From assembly GCA_001275005.1 (NCBI GenBank), contig JWZX01002886.1, forward strand, positions 1 through 43,195: a stretch of 43,195 nucleotides of DNA, given 5' to 3'. The notes under the pieces are model-generated. The model was not told the DNA's origin. It saw only the letters and a list, made by a program, of their open reading frames with translations, and did not search any database. The stretch comes from Chrysochromulina tobinii (lineage: Eukaryota). This document shows, piece after piece, positions 36,351 through 43,195 of this stretch. Each line of letters starts with the position of its first letter. Within the stretch, counting starts at the first letter, position 1. Position numbers and translations under genes: made by a program.

Positions 36351-36531
36351 AGAGATTCGCCCGCTAAGGCTCGAAGCTACTGCCGTCGGATCTTCACAAC
36401 TTTCGCCATGCCTGTCTCTGACTCTTCGTTTGGTGAATCTGACATCCCGATCTCAGGCACGACCTTTTCAACTGTGAGTTGGTGCCTTCTCGGAACCGGG
36501 AAAAAGACACCGGGAGCGGGAGCACGCTCCG

Positions 36532-36586
36532 GTGAGTGCGTGAGTGAGTGCGTGAGTGAGTGAGTGAGTGAGTGAGTGAGTGAGTG
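36532..36586. repeat. (GAGT)n microsatellite flanked by a 9-bp inverted repeat
   Basis: gtgagtgcgtgagtgagtgcgtgagtgagtgagt... is visible directly. ggagcacgc (36519-36527) is the reverse complement of gcgtgctcc (36590-36598). Confidence 0.9.
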
Positions 36587-36691
36587 CGCGCGTGCTCCGG
36601 CTCACAGCCGTTTCACAAAGAGCTTTCCTGATCTGTAGTCCACATAGGATGGCCGTTTTCATCAGGAACCCGAGCCCCTGTCGAATTTCGT

Positions 36692-37321
36692 ATGAGGTCG
36701 AGCGATGAGCCTCCGAACCCCGTGGGTGTCTTCTTCGCCAATCTCTTCAACCAAAACAAGGGCGCCACGCAGTGTGAGATCGAATGCCCGGTACTGCCAC
36801 CACCTGAGCAGCCAAAGAGCGTTACCGACGACCTCGAAAATGTGGACACCTCCAACGGAAGCGCAAAGGAGGCTGGCGTGCAGCAGGCATTGAGCAAGGT
36901 TGAGAGCCCATCCATTCCACCGCCTCCGGCCACTAAGCGGCCATCCGTGGCTCCACCCGTGAAGCGGCCCTCTGTTGCACCCCCCTTATCGTCGTTAGTC
37001 AAGTCGCCAGCGCCCCCACTGGAGTCGCTTTCACTGGATTCGCCGACCTCAGTGGAACCGCCGCCCCCAGTCGAGCCGCCGCCCCCAGTGGAGCCGCCTC
37101 CGTCGCTGCCGCCGCCGCCAATTGTATCCAGCCTCGCTCCACCACCGTTCATCGATGCCCCACCGCCACCGCCATCCGCACCGCTGCCACAGCCGCCACA
37201 GCCGCCGCCGCCGCTGCGGCCGCCGCCGCTACCGGCGGCACTGCTCGGAGCAATTGCCAGGCAACCGCCAGGTGCAGCGTGCGCACCGGCGCCGCCGCCG
37301 CCGCCGCCACCACCGCCGCTG

Positions 37322-37355
<34 letters not shown>

Positions 37356-39460
37356 CGCCGCCACCGCCACCGGCGCTACCGCCAGCGATGCTCGGAGCGA
37401 TTGCTAGGCAGCCGCCATGTGCGGCATCTGCATCGCTCCCGAGGTTGGCGCTACCCACGACCCCGTGCTCGCACGCAACGCCGTCGAAGGCCTCGTTGCA
37501 GAACGGCCTCCGAGGCATCTACTGGAAGAAGGTGAGTGTGCCGCCTCCCACATCCGTCGGACCTTCGGGCTCTGTGTGGCAGAAGGCGGCGGCGCTACTG
37601 CCGCCCGACCTCGGCGCATTCGACGCGACAGAGCTCGAGCAGGCGTTTGCGACCAAGCCGACCTCGATGGCGGCCGCCGCGCCGCAGACGCCGCGCTCGG
37701 GTGGGGGAGGACGAGAGTATGTCAACCTGCTCGACCACAAGCGGGCGACGAATGCCGGTATTGCGCTCGCGAGGCTCGGAATGCCCCATGGAGGCGGGCT
37801 CGGGCGTGCCATCCTCTCCATGGACGAGTCGAAGCTGCCGCTGCACAAGGCGAGCTCGCTCCTCGCAATCGTGCCGACATCGGAGGAGGCCGAGCTCCTG
37901 CGCGCATACGACGGCGACCCAAGCGCTCTCGGCTCGACGGAACGCTACTTCGCCGAGCTGATCACGATCCCGCGCCTCGAGGCCAGACTTCGCAGCTGGG
38001 TGGTGCAGATGAGCTTCGACGCGAAGGTGAGTGACCTGCAGCAGCGGCAGCAGCTCCTGCAGGGCAGCCTGATCGCACTGCGCGAGTGCGAACCCATGCA
38101 CACCGCCCTCGGCGCCCTGCTCGCGCTCGGCAACGCGCTCAATGCCGGCACGGCGCGTGAGAACGCGAGCGGCTTCAAGCTGGACGCGTCGCTCGCGCAG
38201 ATAGGGACGGTACGCTCGGGGATCGGCTCGACGCTGCTCGGCTTCCTCGCGCGTCACATTCAGCGCTCCGCACCGCAGCTCGTCGGCAGCCTGACCATCG
38301 CGCTGCCCGCCCTCGTAGCCGCCTGTCGCCTCGCGCCCGACAGTTGGTCGGCCGAGGCGGCGGCTCTGCGGGCCGACGTGACGGCAGTTGAGGCTGCACT
38401 TCGCGACCATCGCGCTGCCATGGGCACTTCTTTGGGCCCTTCCGAGGCGCATTCCATTGCGGCATCCATAGTCGGCATGGCGGCGGCGGCCAGCAGCACG
38501 GTCGCCAAAGAGCAGCCAGAAGGGCAGCCAGAAATTACCCCTGCGACGGCCTCGACCGGTTCGGCACACGATGAGCAGGCTATAGCGAGGCTACAGGCGA
38601 TCGCGCGCGGGAAGCGGACCCGCAAGAGCATGGGTCCGATGGGCCCAGTGGAGCCGCCGCCACAGGACGCCTTTGAGCCGGTGATGGTTCGCTTCCTGTC
38701 GATGGCGCACGCTCGGCTCGCGCAGCTCTCCGATGCGATGACGGCCCTCTCCAACGAAGCCGCCGCAGTGAGTGCGTTCTACTGCGAAGAGGACCGGTCG
38801 GTGGTTGGCGCGCAGGCGCTGCTCGAACGGCTGCATGGCTTCGGCGCCGCGCTCGTGGCGGCTCATGAGCAGCAGATGAGCCTGCTAGCTGCCGAGGAGG
38901 CGCGAAACCGACCCAAACTCGCGCCCACCCCGGCGCGCTCCAAGCCGATGGGCGCTGTGATGGGCGCTGAGAATGCGCCGGCGCCCTCGACGCCCGCCAG
39001 CATGAGCACCCCAGGCGCGGGTGGGCCAAGCGGTTCGAGCACCCCGCGCCGCCCTTCACGTCCGCCCCCCTCCTCGCCTTCGGCGCGGCTCCAGGCACGC
39101 CTCCTCTCGGAGATCGCTTCGGAGATTGCGGCCTCCACACCAGGCCTCAATGAGGCTCAAACGATTGAGGACTCGCTTCGCGCGATCCATGAGACCGAGG
39201 AGCGTGCACCGGAGGGGGGTGATGGCGCGGCGAGCGAGGGCACCCACCTCAAGCTGCGCCGGACTGCTGAGGACGGCCGAGAGGCCCGTGGCCCTGCGCC
39301 TGTGTCGGCGGAGCTGCAAGCCCTCTTTGAGAGGCGTCAGGCGGGCCAGCGCATCGCCCGAGCTGCACGCCGCTCCCTCGGGCGCGCTGCCTCGGGTGCG
39401 CTGCTGGAGCTGCCTGTGTCGCCGGGAAAGCGGCCGTGCCCGACGGACGGTGAGCCTTAG
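36692..39460 (+). CDS. Formin (FH1-FH2) with an IQ-motif-containing insertion
   Basis: Polyproline FH1 at about 37060-37385. FH2 motifs LRGIYWKKV, SVWQ, ELEQAFA, VNLLDHKRATNAGIALARL, ERYFAELITIPRLEARL and LLALGNALNAGTARENASGFKL. IQ-like IARLQAIARGKRTRK. Confidence 0.92.
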
Positions 39461-39925
39461 GTGAGCTTGGGCAGATGTGAGAGGAGGACGAGGCTTGCAT
39501 GCAGCATGATTGAAGGGAGAGGACGGAGAGGCAACGGGCCGAACAAAGCGCAGCGTGCCGAGCAACATCACGCACGCGTGCGTCATGTACACGAGTGCGT
39601 CGTGTACCAAAGGGCGGGGCGAGACAGCGTGCACGGAGCGGGGTGCCCGACGGTCGTGGGTCTGGGGGGTGTTGGATGCGGTCTGCCACTGCGGGGCGCT
39701 GTAGGGGCGATTGTCATGTGGGACGAAATGGTGCGGCAAGAAGCTAAGTCAGCTGTCAGGTAATGGGCGAGGATGAACAGACATACTAACTCAACTGCAC
39801 CGGCCACGAGGACCCTGCACCCTTGCGGGGGGCGCCCCCGGCCCGCCCGACCGGCCGACCGTGCCGTACGAAGATTTACGCGACACGGCATCGATGGGGA
39901 TGCGGACGGTATACAGCTACGCGCG

Positions 39926-41311
39926 TCACGCAAGAGCGGAGAAGGCGCTCTGGCGTGACGCACAAACCGCTTCGAGCGGCTCCACACGCATCCGAGATTG
40001 CTCCGAGATGGCCTCCGCACGCATCCGCGCCTCGCGTACCTTGCACTCGACCCACTCAGCCACGTCCCGTTTGCATCGGAACACGGCGGCGTCCTCAAGC
40101 TGCAGCGAGCACGACATCTCGAGCCCGGCCAACTCGGAAGAGAGGATCAACGCCTTGGCCCGGACCGTATTGACGAATTTGGGCGAGGGCTCCCGGATCG
40201 TCGCCGGCCGCGTATTGTTCTTCCACTCCTTCTCGAGGGCTTCGAGCGCCGTGCGTGCCGCGCCGACCTGCTCGCAATGGGCGTTGAGGCGTGCGTACAG
40301 CTCGTCGAGTGGGCTGGCTGCCAAGGCGTCTCGGCGCTCGTGGCTGCCACTCCAAAGCTGCAGGGCCTCGGAGAGCGTGCTCCAGCCTGCGGGTAGCATC
40401 TCCGTCAACGGGGCAAGGTGTCCAAAGCGCGACCAGCCGGTGAGAACGACGCCGGAGAGCGAGTTGGCACCCGAGCGCTGAGCCCAGCTCCTCCACGCTA
40501 GCTGGTTGTCGTGCCGGACGGCACGGTTCGGCACGACCGCATCGGAGGCATCGCCGCCCTTGTAGGCGGTCGCAATGTAAGGCGCCGCGCCACGCCGCTG
40601 CAGCCGCTCAGCGAATGCCACCGCCGGGCGGTCGGGGTAGTCGAGGCTGGTGTAGTCCCAGCACACGCAGCGCACACCACTGGACAGGAGGCGCTCAAGG
40701 CAGCCTTCGGGCATGGACACGGCCGCGTCGTGCCACATGAGCGCACGCAGCGAGCGGCCAGCGCCCACATCGCTCAGTGCAGCGCACGTGGAGCATACGT
40801 GCTCGGCCAAAACTCCCGCGAGACCGTCGACGTCGGCAGCGGCCGCGGCCGAGGTTTGGGCAGAAACGCCAAGCGTCGGCTCATCGCACCCGATGTGCAT
40901 ACGCGTCGAGTGTAGGTGGAGCTGGGCCACTTGATTGATGAGCTCCTTGATGAAGACATGCGAGTCCTGCAGCACAGGACACAGCGTGCCGTAGTCGTCT
41001 GGGTCCTCGCGCAGGGCAGCGAACGTGTCGTGCTTCAAAGCAAATTCGAGGTGGCCCACCGTCTGAACGAGGGGTATCACTTCAAGGCCGAGCGCGAGCG
41101 CAGCTTCGAGGACACGGCGTACTTCATCAGGGGAGTAGCCTGCCTCGGCTCGGCCTAGGCATTGCAGCGTGCCAGAGTACGGAAACACGTCCTCCCACTC
41201 GAGGAGCACGCCAGTGGCACCCTTGCTTTTCAACGCCGCGAGGACCTCGCACAAGTGTTCTGGCGAGAGAGGCAGCCCTTTGAAGTCGACGTGCACGATG
41301 ACTTCTTCCAT
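39926..41311 (-). CDS. HEXD: Hexosaminidase D-like (GH20) beta-N-acetylhexosaminidase
   Basis: Motifs IVHVDFKG, GATGVLLEWEDVFPYSG, VIPLVQTVGHLEFALKH, catalytic HIGCDE, LMWHD, ATAYKG and GVVLTGWSRFGHLAPLTEMLP. No signal peptide from the likely ATG at 41311. Confidence 0.85.
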   Translation of the reverse strand: MEEVIVHVDFKGLPLSPEHLCEVLAALKSKGATGVLLEWEDVFPYSGTLQCLGRAEAGYSPDEVRRVLEAALALGLEVIPLVQTVGHLEFALKHDTFAALREDPDDYGTLCPVLQDSHVFIKELINQVAQLHLHSTRMHIGCDEPTLGVSAQTSAAAAADVDGLAGVLAEHVCSTCAALSDVGAGRSLRALMWHDAAVSMPEGCLERLLSSGVRCVCWDYTSLDYPDRPAVAFAERLQRRGAAPYIATAYKGGDASDAVVPNRAVRHDNQLAWRSWAQRSGANSLSGVVLTGWSRFGHLAPLTEMLPAGWSTLSEALQLWSGSHERRDALAASPLDELYARLNAHCEQVGAARTALEALEKEWKNNTRPATIREPSPKFVNTVRAKALILSSELAGLEMSCSLQLEDAAVFRCKRDVAEWVECKVREARMRAEAISEQSRMRVEPLEAVCASRQSAFSALA

Positions 41312-41639
41312 TGACCTTTCTTTTCCCGTTGCCGTGAATTGCAAGATGGTGAAGTTCCTGGGAAGGTGTCGGATCGGCCCCGGGGAGCAGATCATGACAC
41401 CCACAGCTACAGAAGTTCGTGATCCACGACAGACCGACAGACCATAGAGATCAACAGGCACCGCACAGGTGAGGCTTTGCGCAAGGCACACACACACGCA
41501 CACAGCATGACGTGACTGGTACCAGGTTCGAGCTTCGAGGTTGTATTTAAAATAGTATTAAAACCTTTCGACGCTTCCTTATCAAAAAGTTAACCTTAAC
41601 GCGCTAGGCTCATCCATCCCGCAAGACGATGTCGCACCG

Positions 41640-41900
41640 CTGGCACACACTGGCACACTGGCGCACATTGTCACACACTGGCACCGACCACATATTCGAT
41701 CGGATATTGGCACACACGGGCACACTAGACACCAGCAAACGTAGAGGAGCATTACGGGCAGCAAGCCCCTGCGGCTGGCACAATAGCACTATGAAATGGG
41801 CTCCGTCCCGCAAGACCATGGCCCAACCATACCTCGAGAGTCGCACACACTGTGGCACACACTGGCACATTGGCACACTGGCACACTGGCACACTGGCAC
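41640..41900. repeat. Two clusters of degenerate TGGCACAC(AC) tandem repeats
   Basis: Clusters at about 41640-41732 and 41843-41900, e.g. tggcacattggcacactggcacactggcacactggcac. Confidence 0.85.
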
Positions 41901-41972
41901 GCTACCCTTCGACGCGTGGTTAGGGCTGCTGGAAGATGACGTACTCACTCTTCCTGTGAGCGGCACTGCCCA

Positions 41973-42848
41973 TCACAAGTCGGAGGTGGGGCTGTTGCCG
42001 TCGAAGGTGCGGCTGCTGTCGAAGGTGCTGCTCGAAGCCATGTCCTTGGTGGCATCGTACGTGCTGGTAAACGCACCGTTGCCTCCAGCGCGAGGGGATG
42101 GCTCCGAGGAGAGTCGAGCAGAGTCGCAGCTAGCGCGGCGCGAGGTCATGCGGCCGGGCCGTTCGAAAGTCGCTTTCATATCAAGTGACAAATCGTGCGC
42201 GAAGGAGTCGCTACGACGCACAAGTTGGCGGCCTAGGGGGGTGCTGCAGCTCCCCCGTGAAGACACCGAACGCGCCGAATCCAGGCGCGGTGATGCCTCA
42301 GAGCCCTTATCGCCCTCGGTGCCCTTGGCAGCCGCACGCAAGGGCAGGAGGCCTGCGAGGGCGCAGCTTGTCTTGCTGCGAGGCTCCGACAACGGACCCG
42401 TCGTGCCATCGAACGTGCCGGTGAGGACGTCCTGAACGGGGCTGCTGCCGTCAAAAGTGCTAGTCGAGGCCTTATTGGCGTCAAAGGTGCTGGTCGAAGC
42501 GGCGCCGTCAAAGGTGGCGTCGTGAGTGCTGACGAAGGCGGCGGCCGAGCCATTCCACGACAAACCGGCAGCTGAAGAGTGCCGGAACTTGGAGATGGTC
42601 GAGTTGCCGTTCACTTGAGGCGATGGGGCGGCGTCGGCATGAGGGCTGAGCACGAGCGACCCGCCGAGGCTGCTCTTGGAGGCGTCGTACGTGCCATGCG
42701 AGGCGTCGTACGTGCCCTGGCTGTCGCCGTCGATCATCGAGCGCGCCCCCCCGCGCTGGAGTCGCACGGGCGGGCGCATGTCGCGCGAGCCCTTGAGGAT
42801 GCTTTTTTGGACTGCGGGTGACGAGAGCGCGCCTGCGATCGCCGGCAT
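41973..42848 (-). CDS. Hypothetical Ser-rich protein or terminal exon with repeated T(F/Y)D motifs
   Basis: 291-aa ORF with coding-like codon usage and recurring GTYDAS, ATFDG, STFDA, STFDG, GTFDG, STYDA, STFDS and RTFDG. It may be the last exon of a longer gene. Confidence 0.5.
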   Translation of the reverse strand: MPAIAGALSSPAVQKSILKGSRDMRPPVRLQRGGARSMIDGDSQGTYDASHGTYDASKSSLGGSLVLSPHADAAPSPQVNGNSTISKFRHSSAAGLSWNGSAAAFVSTHDATFDGAASTSTFDANKASTSTFDGSSPVQDVLTGTFDGTTGPLSEPRSKTSCALAGLLPLRAAAKGTEGDKGSEASPRLDSARSVSSRGSCSTPLGRQLVRRSDSFAHDLSLDMKATFERPGRMTSRRASCDSARLSSEPSPRAGGNGAFTSTYDATKDMASSSTFDSSRTFDGNSPTSDL

Positions 42849-43195
42849 GTCAGGCCGCTGCTTAGCGTCTCCCTGGCAACACTGCTTGGCAAGAGCGAGG
42901 ATGCTGGTAGGGCAGGCTCCAGCTCAGGTCAGGGGTCTCAGGCCAGTAGTGGCGAGTGTGTAATCTGAGAACCCCTGGGAGTTAGGGGACCGCGATGGTA
43001 CCATTCGAATCGCCGTCGCGCGGAGAACGAAGGGCCGCAAAGATCTGGCGAAGGGCCGCAAACCTCCGCGTTAAAGATGCCCTGAGGAATTCAGGGTTTT
43101 TTGGCAAAATCGTCCCATGTAAAACTCAACAATTGAGGCTTTCGCCATCGCCGGGCCGCCGGGCAGGCCATGGAAGCCTCCGAAGGCGCTGACGG

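Noticed and set aside
36613..37518. Gly-rich 301-aa minus-strand ORF
   Set aside because: Antisense of the formin polyproline FH1 region.
13135..39460. Rab-GAP, SYLF, WD40 and formin genes as a functional trafficking/cytoskeleton cluster
   Set aside because: These families are common in eukaryotic genomes and are interspersed with unrelated genes; there is no evidence of clustering without synteny data.
42960..43195. Direct repeat CGAAGGGCCGCAAA x2 and small hairpins at the window end as a transposon terminus
   Set aside because: Too short and truncated by the window edge to support a call.

Overview
GC-rich, gene-dense eukaryotic nuclear DNA. Short GT-AG and probably GC-AG introns, a signal-peptide-bearing plastid-type phosphate translocator and a DGxCDDGG Cys module suggest a haptophyte-like alga (inference, not verified). 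About 14 protein-coding genes lie on mixed strands, several head-to-head: the 3' end of TRRAP/Tra1, a GH127-like glycoside hydrolase with a duplicated unknown C-terminal domain, a small membrane protein, a TPT-family translocator, adenylosuccinate lyase (purB), a RING/B-box/coiled-coil protein, a TBC Rab-GAP, a giant SYLF + coiled-coil protein, a WD40-like protein, a Cys-module/TM/SHOCT receptor-like protein, a ~3000-aa WD40 protein, a 4-TM protein, a formin with an IQ insertion, a HEXD-like GH20 enzyme and a T(F/Y)D-repeat ORF. TRRAP and purB carry frameshifts that are most simply assembly indels. I found no rRNA, tRNA, CRISPR array or intact transposase. The best novelty candidates are the duplicated GH127 tail domain, the TRIM-like protein, the IQ-formin/4-TM head-to-head pair, the SHOCT receptor-like protein and a strongly base-paired intergenic element at 7709-7851. 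All domain calls come from motif recognition by eye; no searches were run.
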